Of a DNA stretch of 64,000 nt, positions 11,843 through 21,696 are shown one piece after another (within the stretch, counting starts at the first letter, position 1; each line of letters opens with the position of its first letter). Source of the stretch: Candidatus Bathyarchaeota archaeon (GTDB lineage Archaea; Thermoproteota; Bathyarchaeia; Bathyarchaeales; Bathycorpusculaceae). The notes beneath the pieces were generated by a model. That model ran no database searches. It worked only from the letters and a program-made list of their open reading frames with translations, and was not told where the DNA came from. The position numbers and the translations under genes were made by a program. The stretch covers positions 32,001 to 96,000 of the forward strand of contig CAWGZR010000010.1 in the NCBI GenBank assembly GCA_963827165.1, read 5' to 3'.

Positions 11843-12050
11843 AAAAACTATAAGGAAAAACTATAAGCATTCAGTACTCGAAGGTTGACGGGTAGATAAA
11901 GATCCTGTGATCAGGGCATTTGAAGTCGCTTGAGCGCCTAAAAGTCTTTCTTTGACGAGGAACTTGCCTCGTGCATCTTTTAACTGGGCACTCGATTGTA
12001 TTTTCAGTCACCTTTAAGTGGTCCTTTAGGTCGGCGACACCAAACAATCG

Positions 12051-12740
12051 TTAAGCCTTCGTTGCTCGTTCTTGCGTTAGGTATTTTCGCCATTCTACAA
12101 CAGCTTTGAGACCTTCATTATGCTCTCTTTCCAAATAGCTCAAGAACTCGTCACGTTTCTTTCTTAACTCATAATCTTTTTCTATTACTTGCCAAATCTT
12201 CTGCAACACTTTCCATTGTTCGGGCAGACTTTCCTTCACATACTCAATTGGCTGGTCCATAAAAATTAAGCCTAAAACCGCAGAATCAAAAAAATCCAGC
12301 GGACTATTAGTTTCTTTTTGCGGGGTTCTTCCAAACGCAGTTAAGAAATCGATGCTGTATTGAATTATGTAACGTTGCCGCTCAAATCTTAATGCGTTCT
12401 TTAGCAGCAGAAAGATTTCTTCCTCGCATCCTGCAGTAACAAACTTGTCCCATTTCCTAAAAACCAAGAGCATATCCTCATGCGCTTTTGCAACCTCTCT
12501 TATTTCATTGAGGGTTATTTTCTTGCTAAGATACATGATTAAGCCGCTGAAAGTTAATGCGTAATAACGGAGTTCTTTTCCTTTGGGAGCGGTTCGCTCA
12601 AAACGCATAAAGACAAAGCCGTTTTTTACAAGTTGGTTTGTAGCTCTTAGAATGGTTGAGTAGTTTTTTCCAGCTGGCTCGGCCATTTCTTGGATTGTTG
12701 CTTCTTTGTGCAGTGCAAGATACGTTAAGGGTGCAAACAA
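12051..12740 (-). CDS. Winged-helix transcription regulator of an integrated element
   Basis: TIQEMAE..GKNYSTILRATNQLVKNGFV...RYYALT; true start probably ~12768 via a frameshift. Confidence 0.7.
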   Translation of the reverse strand: MFAPLTYLALHKEATIQEMAEPAGKNYSTILRATNQLVKNGFVFMRFERTAPKGKELRYYALTFSGLIMYLSKKITLNEIREVAKAHEDMLLVFRKWDKFVTAGCEEEIFLLLKNALRFERQRYIIQYSIDFLTAFGRTPQKETNSPLDFFDSAVLGLIFMDQPIEYVKESLPEQWKVLQKIWQVIEKDYELRKKRDEFLSYLEREHNEGLKAVVEWRKYLTQERATKA

Positions 12741-12782
12741 AGATTCTGCTTTTTTCTAGACTTTCCATTACTTGAAAATTCA

Positions 12783-12813
12783 TTATGCATTGATTTGCCA
12801 CCATCATGCATAA
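12783..12813. promoter_or_regulatory. Inverted-repeat operator candidate between divergent regulators
   Basis: TTATGCAT (12783-90) ... ATGCATAA (12806-13). Confidence 0.45.
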
Positions 12814-12874
12814 AAAAGGTTAATATAGAATATAAACGTAATCATGCACAAACACGCACAATGAAGGAACAAAC

Positions 12875-13081
12875 ATGCCTATAATCAGAAGCGTAATAGA
12901 CCTGGGAAACAGCAAAGCCGTTACCATACCAAAATCATGGATCACAAACGCAGAAGAAAAAACAGGAAGAAAAATAATAGCGCTCGCAATGGAAGTCGAC
13001 GGAACCATAACCATACAACCCATTTTTGAGAAAGAAACCAAACAAGAAATAATGAAACCCGCAACACCAAACGCAACTTAA
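12875..13081 (+). CDS. AbrB/MazE/SpoVT family DNA-binding protein
   Basis: RSVIDLGNSKAVTIPKSW...GTITIQP. Confidence 0.85.
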   Translation: MPIIRSVIDLGNSKAVTIPKSWITNAEEKTGRKIIALAMEVDGTITIQPIFEKETKQEIMKPATPNAT

Positions 13082-13148
13082 GCAAACTATCGGTCGGAAA
13101 CAAAATGGCTGGACTCACAAATCCTTGGCAAAGCAATGGAGGCTTGTA

Positions 13149-13370
13149 ATGAATAAACAGAAGGGATGCTGCTATTGCGGTCAAACCTTTACTCCTAAAA
13201 ACAGTAAGGCACGTTTCTGCAGCACCCGACATAGAGTTGCTCAATTCCGGTGCCAAAGAAAATTTCAGCAAAACCGGGTCATTCGTCTTGAAAGCCAGCC
13301 AACAGCGAAATTTTCAGAGGATATAGAAGAGCTCAACAAATTTCGGGAGTTTCTAAATGGCAGGCGTTAA
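13149..13370 (+). CDS. Small zinc-finger protein
   Basis: CCYCGQTF.PK...ARFCSTRHR. Confidence 0.6.
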   Translation: MNKQKGCCYCGQTFTPKNSKARFCSTRHRVAQFRCQRKFQQNRVIRLESQPTAKFSEDIEELNKFREFLNGRR

Positions 13371-13380
13371 CCTTCCTCAG

Positions 13381-13797
13381 AATCGTTACTTCAGCGCTGC
13401 CAGAAATTGCACTATTTTGCACACAACAGGGACAGCTGCAAATCGTTACATAGAAAATCCTCTAAAACCCGCTGAATTTGAGGTTTTGGGAAACAGTAAT
13501 TTTGATTGGCTACCTGTTTACCAGCTCTCGTTGATACAGCTTGTAAATCGTTACCCATGTTTCGACAAGGCTGTCGAATTTGAGGGGACAACGCTTGAGG
13601 TTCTTGCAAATCGTAACCAGCCTTTGGGGCAGCTAATCCGTTTCAGAAGTAAGGAGGCTTTCTAAGTTGGTTGAGGCTTTGGAAGGAAAAGCGTTCCTGG
13701 CAAATCGTAATCGTTATGCTGCAATATCCCCGAAAAAGGCTCAGTTGTACCGCGCGAGGGATATTTGGGTATACGACTGGTAATTTGTGTAACGATT
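13381..13797. repeat. Dispersed AATCGT(T/A)A(C) repeats (iteron-like)
   Basis: Copies at ~13381, 13441, 13546, 13609, 13703 and an inverted copy GTAACGATT at 13789. Confidence 0.7.
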
Positions 13798-14023
13798 CTT
13801 AATTGTTATAGAGTTGACTTATCCCGACAGGGCGCAAAAATTGGGCTTCATGAAAATGCAAATTGTCACCTGGAGGTTTCATAACTCGATGATGGAGGCT
13901 CAAAGAAAGACATCAACCTCAAAGGGCAAATTTGGCGATGCCCAGTTGTAGAAACGAGCTTCTAATTTCTGATTCTAAGGCGCTCACAAACGACCCCAAC
14001 TAAACGGTACTGAATTCAAAGAA

Positions 14024-14362
14024 GTGATTTTTGTTCGGTATCTTGATCATGTTTTATACAATCGTGCTTCTGCTTTGGTTATGAAGCCTCAAGTTAGGAA
14101 GGCTATTGGCTGGTTGATCTATGAATGCGAGCAATACATTACGCTCACTTGGGACTCCGATGATGAACCGCCTACTCTGCATGGTGGCGATCCGAAAGCA
14201 TCCGGTCTAGTATTGCTTAAATCGGATATTCTTGAGCTAAAGAAGGTACCATTACAAAAAATTTCAGAGTGGCAATTAAATTCTCCAGAGGCTATAAGAA
14301 AAGGTGAGTATGCGTTCCGACCATCGGAGCGAAAAACTCAACAAAGGAGAAAGACAAAATGA
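14024..14362 (+). CDS. Hypothetical protein coupled to the integrase
   Basis: 112-aa ORF whose stop overlaps the integrase start (ATGA). Confidence 0.55.
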   Translation: MIFVRYLDHVLYNRASALVMKPQVRKAIGWLIYECEQYITLTWDSDDEPPTLHGGDPKASGLVLLKSDILELKKVPLQKISEWQLNSPEAIRKGEYAFRPSERKTQQRRKTK

Positions 14363-15783
14363 CCGATGCCATAACCGTAGCTCCGCTTATTGTAAGAAAC
14401 AGCCAGCTATCCATAGAAGAACTCAAAAAACTACCCTTCAAAATGACAATACAGGACGACATAATTCTCTTTGAATACAGCAAACGTGGCTTCAAACTAA
14501 GAGAACCGGTAACCGTAAATCTTCCGAAAGTCTTGGCCGCCAGAGAAAAAGGTTTAGTCGAATACATCTTCAATGCTTTTCTCTCAGACAGACCAGGACT
14601 ACTCCCATATGTCTTTGACAACCAAAGCCTCCTCAAAGTCTCAAGACACCTACTACGCCACTGCTCAGGGTCACCAAACACATGCCGCAACTACATTGTC
14701 CAAATCAGAAAATATGCCACATGGCTTGGATACAACCCAGACCTTATCATACAAGATACCAAACCAATCGGCGCCATCCCAGACCCCTTAAGAGTTCAAA
14801 GCCATACAGTATACCTAAACGACTACCTAGCAGTGCTACAAGATGACGGATTAAAACCTGGTCCAGTCAACAACTACATCAAAGCAGTCAAAACATTCTA
14901 CCGAATCAACGGAGTAAAAATCGATTTAACAGAGCCTCTCAGTAGACGAGTAACCTATAAAGACAGAGCACCAAAACCAGAAGAACTAGATAAACTACTG
15001 GAAATGGCCAACCTTCGAGACAGAGTTATTGTAACCTGCTTAGCCTTAGGCGCCTTTAGAGAAGAAACACTCTCCAAACTTCAATACAGACACGTCAAAG
15101 AAGACTTAGAAAACAACATAATCCCTATACACGTACACATCGAAGCAGATATTACCAAAGGAAAATACCACGATTACGACACCTTTCTTGGCACTGAAGC
15201 AGCACTTTATGTGAAACTGTACCTGCAAAATAGACGCAAGGGAACCTCAAAAGTACCGCCTGAAAACCTAACAGACGAATCACCCCTAATCCGCGATGCA
15301 ACCAAGAGCAACATCAGAGAAATAACCTCAAAACAAATCCGCCTACGAGTCCACAACCTCTACCTCAAAGCAGGCCTAATTAAAGTAAAAAACGGGCGAA
15401 TGTACGACCTAAGAGTACACAGCTTACGCAAATTCTTCAAAACTCAACTCTTAGCATTAGGCGTCCAACCAGACTACGTCGATTACATGATGGGACACAC
15501 AGTCGATACATACCACGACATCCAAAGCATTGGAATAGACAAACTAAGAAACGTCTACGCCTCATCCGGACTATCCATAAGAAAGAAAACCCAAATCAGC
15601 AAAATCGACACCCTCAAAGAAATGATTAGAGCACTAGGCATGAACCCAGAACAAATGCTAACCAAAGATGCCCTATCACAAGGAGCCGCCACCTACAAAA
15701 ACGCCGAAGAACTCCAAAACTACCAACTCCAGATGCTTAGCCAACAGCTACGGCAATTAATACATCAAGAGGCATCGGTATAA
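14359..15783 (+). CDS. Tyrosine recombinase/integrase
   Basis: GAFREETL (R), TKGK (K), HSLRKFF (HxxR), YMMGH, downstream Y. Confidence 0.93.
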   Translation: MTDAITVAPLIVRNSQLSIEELKKLPFKMTIQDDIILFEYSKRGFKLREPVTVNLPKVLAAREKGLVEYIFNAFLSDRPGLLPYVFDNQSLLKVSRHLLRHCSGSPNTCRNYIVQIRKYATWLGYNPDLIIQDTKPIGAIPDPLRVQSHTVYLNDYLAVLQDDGLKPGPVNNYIKAVKTFYRINGVKIDLTEPLSRRVTYKDRAPKPEELDKLLEMANLRDRVIVTCLALGAFREETLSKLQYRHVKEDLENNIIPIHVHIEADITKGKYHDYDTFLGTEAALYVKLYLQNRRKGTSKVPPENLTDESPLIRDATKSNIREITSKQIRLRVHNLYLKAGLIKVKNGRMYDLRVHSLRKFFKTQLLALGVQPDYVDYMMGHTVDTYHDIQSIGIDKLRNVYASSGLSIRKKTQISKIDTLKEMIRALGMNPEQMLTKDALSQGAATYKNAEELQNYQLQMLSQQLRQLIHQEASV

Positions 15784-15805
15784 ATGTCCACCAGGTACCG
15801 TGATA

Positions 15806-15820
15806 ACCGTCGGACCCGCC
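15806..15820 (+). repeat. att-like tRNA 3'-end remnant ACCGTCGGACCCGCC
   Basis: Just after the integrase stop; recurs at 31900-31915 and partly at 24380-24390; resembles a T-stem/acceptor-stem 3' end (compare CCCACCGGACCCG of tRNA-Arg). Confidence 0.6.
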
Positions 15821-15915
15821 TCTGTTTGATTAAGCCCATTTATTTTCTTAATGTTACAGAATTCCGCGGTAGTTACAGCCAAGCCCGCGATTCAAGCCCA
15901 TCCTTTGCTTCTATG

Positions 15916-16572
15916 CTAAGCTTCGTAGGTTGTTGGGTCCGGCACGCCTGCTTCTATGAAGGCTTTTTTACGGTTTACACAAGATTCGCATCGCCCGCAA
16001 TGCTTATCATGGTCACGATAACACGACCATGTGGATTCCAGCGGCACACCCAATTCCGAGGCTTTTTTGATAACATCTGATTTACGCATGTCACTGAAGG
16101 GTGCTTGAATGCTGATTTCTTGGCACGTTCCTAGTCTTGCGGCTTTTTCGAATGCTTGATAGAATTCTCTTCGGCAGTCGGGATAGCAAGGTTCGTCTGA
16201 GCCTTGAGCACCATAAAAAACCTTGTCCGCCCCCACGGCGACGGCGTAGGCAACTGCAGCAGAGAGAAAGATGGCGTTTCTGAATGGCACGATTATGGGT
16301 TGTGTGAACTCTGATGTTATAGGAATGTCTGTATTGCAGAGTGCAGTAACGTCCCCAAAGATGTTCTTGAGGTTAGATAGGTCGATTATTTTTGTTGAGA
16401 CATCTAGCGTTTCAGCGATTTTTTGGGCACTTTCGGTTTCTTTAACTGCGATTTGTCCGTACTTGAAAGTTATAGGGTAAAGTTGATAACCCTCTTTTTT
16501 GGCCCAGTACGCCACAGTAGCGGAGTCTGGTCCACCACTGAGAACAACTACACATTTTGTTTTTTGAGTCAT
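15916..16572 (-). CDS. queC: 7-cyano-7-deazaguanine (preQ0) synthase
   Basis: LSGGPDS, YGQ, VPFRNAIFLS, YPDCR, TWSCY...HCGRCESC. Confidence 0.95.
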   Translation of the reverse strand: MTQKTKCVVVLSGGPDSATVAYWAKKEGYQLYPITFKYGQIAVKETESAQKIAETLDVSTKIIDLSNLKNIFGDVTALCNTDIPITSEFTQPIIVPFRNAIFLSAAVAYAVAVGADKVFYGAQGSDEPCYPDCRREFYQAFEKAARLGTCQEISIQAPFSDMRKSDVIKKASELGVPLESTWSCYRDHDKHCGRCESCVNRKKAFIEAGVPDPTTYEA

Positions 16573-16618
16573 GTTTCTTCACTTTTCCTAATTTTCAGTT
16601 CAATGTCTTTGTTTGTTC

Positions 16619-17116
16619 TTAAGTTGAGAACCATTTTTGGAAAACCCCTGTTCTTTTTAGAACTTTAAATAGCGGCCACCCGATGAGCACAGTTGCAACA
16701 GAATTTCCAATTGCTATGTATAATATGGTAATAAGCAGCGGCATTTGGTATAGGTAAGATAACATCCATCCAACGGTTGCGCCTAAAACAGCGGAATAAG
16801 CGAGGCAGGTTCCAATTACAGTATAATCATTTTTTGTTCTTTTGTAAACATAGTAGACTACAAAAGACATGACAAATGAAGGTATCGTGTTCAGCAGGTC
16901 AAGCAAACCGTCGGGCGAGAAAATATTACCTATGAAGACTCCAAGCGTGTGGCCCAAAACGCCAGGTAAACCCAACAGGGGAACTGCAGCAACCATTGAG
17001 TCTGCAATGCGAACTTGAATAGGCCCGTAAGATATGCCGCCCAGAACAATAACGAGCGCTGCATAGAGTGCAGCGTATATGGCAATTAGAGCTAAATCTT
17101 TAGTTTTTATCTTTAT
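16619..17116 (-). CDS. queT: QueT family transporter (ECF-type S component)
   Basis: Frame extends to an ATA at 17116: (I)KIKTKDLALIAIYAALYAAL...ISYGPIQVRIAD; directly upstream of queC. Confidence 0.8.
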   Translation of the reverse strand: MKIKTKDLALIAIYAALYAALVIVLGGISYGPIQVRIADSMVAAVPLLGLPGVLGHTLGVFIGNIFSPDGLLDLLNTIPSFVMSFVVYYVYKRTKNDYTVIGTCLAYSAVLGATVGWMLSYLYQMPLLITILYIAIGNSVATVLIGWPLFKVLKRTGVFQKWFST

Positions 17117-17541
17117 GTTTCTCCCTACTCCCGGGTTTTATTTTGGTTGGCGGAACGGGTAGGAGACTCCACTCACCCGCCAATTGCCTCTTTGAATTTA
17201 TAATCTTGCCTAAAAAGCTTTGGGAAAGTGTTTCCATTTTTCGGTAGGCGGGTGTTTTTAGGCGTTGACTCGTCTCATTGATTCTAGAAACTTTGGGTTT
17301 TACTAGATATGCCGTGACTGGTGGATTTTATCGAGCCGAAAATCTTCCAATATTATACAATGACCCGCGACGCGCTAAAAAGTACTTGGGAGCCTGATAA
17401 AGCGCATGCGGAAATAGCGAATTAGCGAAAGAAGGAGAAGGAAAAAGAATTACTTGAGTGGCTCATCGCACACCGGCAATAGTCAAAAATATAGCCTGAT
17501 AGTTAAAAGAGCTCCTGAAAAGACCGGTAGCAGTTCGGGAT

Positions 17542-18450
17542 TTGGAACTAGAAACAAAGTTTAACTATCAACATGCGAAAAAATTAGGTGATAACATCAT
17601 GAAAGACGAAATTTGTAATGTATTGGATGAGGCAAATTTTTTTGAACAACGAGGATATGATAAAACGTCGTCTCAAATAGTCTCATTAGCTAAGGCAGTT
17701 GAAAATGGCCAGGTCACATCGGTCAAAGGCATCTTGGACGCTGTTATCAAAATTGGCGAAAGCTTCAAACTGGAATTTGAAAACGCCAATCCAACCGGCA
17801 AAGACTACCGACGAAAATGCTACCCTCAGGCGCAACTAATCGTTTTTGCGGGCTTAATGGCTGTTGATAGGGAGCAGACGCCTCCGTCAGATTATTTACT
17901 TGAACTATTAAAGAAAATGAACCAGCGAGACGAATACGTAAACTCCTTAAGTAAATCCCTCGCCGAACTTTTCCAGAAAGAAAATCGAACTTCCGAAGAA
18001 AGCCTGAAAATGTTTAGGGAGGCGTGCTCAATCTATGAGCAAGCTATTGACGGAGTTTTCTCCTCTGCTGTGAAAATCCTCTATTTTCTGATGGAGAAAA
18101 TGGGCGTGGAAATGCCAAAATCAAATGAGACCGGCACAGTTTGGGATGCATGGCATAGTTTCGAAAAAGCTAATGTCGAAATGCCCGTCTTCTTAGAAAG
18201 CTGGCCTGAAAAAAGCTCTATTAGAAATGCAATCGCCAATTCTCAAAATGAATACGACCCAATACTGGATAGAGTTCATTTTGTGTCCAAAGACAATGCA
18301 GGAAAGATTACTTATGAGTCACCTGATAGTATGACTTTTTCCGATTTTTTTGCAATTTGGATGCAAATAGGCGATGCCGTAGATTCTTTAAGATATTCGA
18401 TGCGTCTTTATGGAATCTTCCAGTCTCTTGTGATTGCTTCCAATCCATAG
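17542..18450 (+). CDS. Hypothetical protein
   Basis: Long clean ORF; no family recognised. Confidence 0.6.
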   Translation: MELETKFNYQHAKKLGDNIMKDEICNVLDEANFFEQRGYDKTSSQIVSLAKAVENGQVTSVKGILDAVIKIGESFKLEFENANPTGKDYRRKCYPQAQLIVFAGLMAVDREQTPPSDYLLELLKKMNQRDEYVNSLSKSLAELFQKENRTSEESLKMFREACSIYEQAIDGVFSSAVKILYFLMEKMGVEMPKSNETGTVWDAWHSFEKANVEMPVFLESWPEKSSIRNAIANSQNEYDPILDRVHFVSKDNAGKITYESPDSMTFSDFFAIWMQIGDAVDSLRYSMRLYGIFQSLVIASNP

Positions 18451-18541
18451 TTTCAAAGCATATTTGATAGGATGCTAGTTTGGCTTGTCGAGGGAAAAAT
18501 ACAAAAACTCATGCTTTCACATTAGACTTCGGTGATTTGGT

Positions 18542-19075
18542 TTGGCGCTTGATTGTTTCTTACCTGGAAAATCAATTTGGATAGATGCAGCGGGGTGGAG
18601 CGACCTTTTGTTAGGAGTAGTTGTCGGCGCACTTAAGCCTCCGGACCAAATGGTTATGGAACGTCGAATCCCAATTACCTCATTTCAGCCCCCCAACTTT
18701 AAGAACAAGAAATACTTAGCTGACGCCATAAAAATTGCAGATGAGATTGTTGCGGTCATGCAACCTGACAGCGAGACTTGCTTTAAGATTTGCTCAGAAT
18801 ATGTGCTTTCAGGCGTGATTGTACATTTGGAAAATTCAGGATTCAAAGTCCAAAAAGTCGAGTCGCCACTTACGCTCAAGCAGATGGTTGAAGCAGGCTA
18901 CATACGATGGTGCGAGGAAAAAGGCGTCCCCAGAGAAATTCTCCATGAGAAAAGACGGTTCTGGGGATTTCTAAAGTGGGTTGGTGAAGCGCCTCATTTG
19001 AGGGAGAGCCTGGTGAAGACGGGTTGGGCAAGCTGGGAAAACAAGTGGCGCGAAGAAATGCACAAGAAAATTTAG
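18542..19075 (+). CDS. Hypothetical protein with an RNase HII-like N-terminal motif
   Basis: IWIDAAGWSDLLLGVVVG resembles IDEAGRG..GP.VV. Confidence 0.45.
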   Translation: MALDCFLPGKSIWIDAAGWSDLLLGVVVGALKPPDQMVMERRIPITSFQPPNFKNKKYLADAIKIADEIVAVMQPDSETCFKICSEYVLSGVIVHLENSGFKVQKVESPLTLKQMVEAGYIRWCEEKGVPREILHEKRRFWGFLKWVGEAPHLRESLVKTGWASWENKWREEMHKKI

Positions 19076-19205
19076 GTCACGCAGTTGTTTGCTAAACAAG
19101 TTTCCCAACGTAATGCATTGAAACGATAAAGTCGGTTGTTTACTTGAGCCTGGCTGGCTTCCCATATGTAAAAACTTTTTTGCTTGTATGAAATTATGGT
19201 AAATT

Positions 19206-19469
19206 ATGACAGAGCAAATTGAAGACGTCATCAAGGTTTCATCTAAGGGTCAAATCGTGATTCCCCGAGAGATTCGCAAGAAGTTGGGAGTTAAGGGCGG
19301 CGAAAAAATTTTAGTCCTTACTCGTGACGGAGATATAGTTCTTAGAAAAGCTAAGGAACTATCCCTTGACGATTTAGGTGAGAGGATTGACAAAGTAGTC
19401 AAGGAAGAATGCATTGACGTTGATAAGCTTGTGTCTGAGGCAGTTGAGTGGGTAAGAAAGTCAAAGTAG
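19206..19469 (+). CDS. AbrB/MazE-type antitoxin
   Basis: KVSSKGQIVIPREIRKKLG; overlaps the PIN gene. Confidence 0.9.
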   Translation: MTEQIEDVIKVSSKGQIVIPREIRKKLGVKGGEKILVLTRDGDIVLRKAKELSLDDLGERIDKVVKEECIDVDKLVSEAVEWVRKSK

Positions 19470-19867
19470 TCTTCGACACGGACATTTGGATTTCAATCTT
19501 TATGGAAAAGAGGATTAGAGACGAGTTTTCGAGAGTGAAGCAAGATCTTGATGTTTACATCAGTGAAGATATTGGGCTTGAAATATCAAAAGTTTTGCAA
19601 TTTCCAAAAGTGTCAGAAATTCTGAAAAAGACCGGCGTACGTGAAAAGGAGGTCTTACGAATTCTCGCGGCTAACTCTAGGAAGGTTGAGCCTAAGCTGA
19701 AGTTGCATGCCGTGAATGGAGATGCTGAAGATAACAGGATATTAGAATGCACTTGGGCAGCTGAGGCAGATATCATCGTTTCGGGAGATAAGCATCTTCT
19801 AAAACTTGACAGGTTCAAAAAGATTAGAATACTACCGCCCAGAGAGTTTTTTGACAGCTTCACTTAA
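19448..19867 (+). CDS. PIN-domain toxin
   Basis: VVFDTDIWIS...EI...DNRILEC...ADIIVSGDKHLL. Confidence 0.9.
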   Translation: MGKKVKVVFDTDIWISIFMEKRIRDEFSRVKQDLDVYISEDIGLEISKVLQFPKVSEILKKTGVREKEVLRILAANSRKVEPKLKLHAVNGDAEDNRILECTWAAEADIIVSGDKHLLKLDRFKKIRILPPREFFDSFT

Positions 19868-20013
19868 AACTACCTCCGCTTAGCCGTATCCAACTCTTCG
19901 CTCATTTGCCCACTTCAACGCCATGTACCCGACAAAATCGGCTTCTGCGTTAACGTAAATAGAGAATGACGTTTTTGAGGGCTTCGCAGAGATGAAAGTA
20001 TTGAAGTTAGACA

Positions 20014-20138
20014 GTCTATGCAGCATCCGGATTAACCATAAGAAAGAAAACACAAACCAACAAACTTGAAGCACTCAAAGACATCATGAGAGCTTGGGAA
20101 TGAACCTAGATCAATTACTAACAAGAGGCGCCATCTCA
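20014..20138 (+). pseudogene. Remnant of an integrase 3' end (paralog of 14359-15783)
   Basis: VYAASGLTIRKKTQTNKLEALKDIMRAW-MNLDQLLTRGAIS aligns to VYASSGLSIRKKTQISKIDTLKEMIRALGMNPEQMLTKDALS. Confidence 0.8.
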
Positions 20139-20318
20139 GTTTGGAATGACATAATTTATATGACTCATCCAAATTAACACAATAACATGAATTCAAAAGC
20201 GGTTGGAGAATTCAAACAAAAATTACTCGTAATAACTAAGGAGACGTACATTGCGCTCCAAAGGAGAGAAAAACGATAGATAGTTGGTCTTTTGCTGTTA
20301 TTTAAGAGGTGTGAAAAT

Positions 20319-20417
20319 ATGAGTAAAAACAAAATAGCCTATGTTCACTTTATAGTAATTTTACTAGTTGTGATAGTTATCATTTTGATTCTAATTCTAC
20401 TTAAATTGATATTTTAG
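20319..20417 (+). CDS. Small single-TM peptide (32 aa)
   Basis: MSKNKIAYVHFIVILLVVIVIILILILLKLIF after a GAGGTG Shine-Dalgarno; below the ORF track cutoff. Confidence 0.5.
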   Translation: MSKNKIAYVHFIVILLVVIVIILILILLKLIF

Positions 20418-20592
20418 GCGCTGAATTGATAGCGCGCAAGGAGTAAGAGAGGAAAATGGTGTGGAAAGGGAACTTTCTTGAAGAAATTGAAGGGTTTATG
20501 GGGAATTTCTTCCAAGACTCCTCGTTAACTACTAAAGCCCAATTGCCGCAAAAACTAATGAATATGGTCTAATAGCCATTTTCAACAATGCG

Positions 20593-20934
20593 TTATACAT
20601 TCAAGCTGTGAATTTTACTAAGTAGCGACCTGCAATCTTCTAGCCCCTTCTCAGTTATCTCCACAACCTGATGCGTGCCACCCCATCCTCTGACAGAGTT
20701 GATTCTAATTAGGCCAGAAGATTCCATCTTTGCCAAGTGATTCTCCAAACTGCCCTTTCCCAACCCTACGAAAGAACGCAACTCCACAGAAGTCAACTTC
20801 TTGTTCATGGCAAGCAGAATCAAAATCAATATTCGGGTCGATGACTTGAACGTAGGGTCATTTAGCTGCTCGTTCAATGATTTAATTGTGTCCGTGGGGG
20901 GAATTTTGGAGTTGGGTTGTTCGTCAGTTACCAA
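20593..20934 (-). CDS. ArsR/MarR-like winged-helix regulator
   Basis: RILILILL...LTSVELR..GLGKGSLENHLAKMESSGLI...EITEKG; TTG start overlapping the upstream stop. Confidence 0.85.
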   Translation of the reverse strand: MVTDEQPNSKIPPTDTIKSLNEQLNDPTFKSSTRILILILLAMNKKLTSVELRSFVGLGKGSLENHLAKMESSGLIRINSVRGWGGTHQVVEITEKGLEDCRSLLSKIHSLNV

Positions 20935-21683
20935 TTTGGAGGATCCTCCAGAGAGTTGGGAGGTTTCCGCCTGCGTGCATGTGCAGAAGCTAAGATAAGA
21001 ACGAGCAAAAAGACTACCCAAAGAATCAGGTAAAAGCCCGCATTGGCTTTCAGGAGCGAAACAACAAAACCCCCTAACGTGTAAATAATTAATGCTGACA
21101 CAACGACTATGCTTTCTTTTGGTAGCCGCTCAGGGAATGAACCTTTAAGCACAAAGAACAAAGGAAACACTGTTGTGGCCAAAAGTCCGAATCTAAAAAC
21201 CAAAAATTCGTGGCGGAGCAAGAAAATTGCGGCAAGAATCGGCAAATAGTAGGCCGTCCAAACCAATGCGATCCAAGAAGGCCTCAGCACTTTTGTCCAT
21301 ATTGAATCCCCAATTTCTCTGCGTACAAGCATGGAGTTATAAGCCTTCTTGAAAATCCAAGCAACCATGGCAGCTCCCAGAATACTCACTGCAGTGTTAA
21401 CCACGATCGCAACAACAAGAAAATAGTCAGCTGAAAGCCCAAGGATTAGGAGAATCAAGGGCAGAAAAGGTATGAGGACAATTTCAGCGGCGACTGCAGC
21501 GTAACAGAGCCCCCAGGCTCTCTCTAGTATGTACCGTTCTATAACTAGAGCTTTTTCTGCGACCCGCTTAATTTGCTCCGGTGAAACGTCCTCGACCACA
21601 TTTAAACGCCTTTTTCTATATCTGATTGCTACGACTCTTTTGACTTTTATCTTAGAAGTACAAATTTTGTACCTATGAAACAT
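20928..21683 (-). CDS. Multi-pass membrane protein
   Basis: About six hydrophobic segments; start probably ~21600. Confidence 0.7.
   Translation of the reverse strand: MFHRYKICTSKIKVKRVVAIRYRKRRLNVVEDVSPEQIKRVAEKALVIERYILERAWGLCYAAVAAEIVLIPFLPLILLILGLSADYFLVVAIVVNTAVSILGAAMVAWIFKKAYNSMLVRREIGDSIWTKVLRPSWIALVWTAYYLPILAAIFLLRHEFLVFRFGLLATTVFPLFFVLKGSFPERLPKESIVVVSALIIYTLGGFVVSLLKANAGFYLILWVVFLLVLILASAHARRRKPPNSLEDPPNW
21658..21672. promoter_or_regulatory. Palindromic operator candidate between divergent operons
   Basis: GTACAAA-T-TTTGTAC. Confidence 0.4.
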
Positions 21684-21696
21684 TATTTATGCAACA

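Noticed and set aside
10732-17116. Complete dpd 7-deazaguanine DNA-modification cluster
   Set aside because: No dpdA/TGT, queD, queE or folE in the window; queC-queT fit archaeosine precursor supply and lie beyond the att-like site
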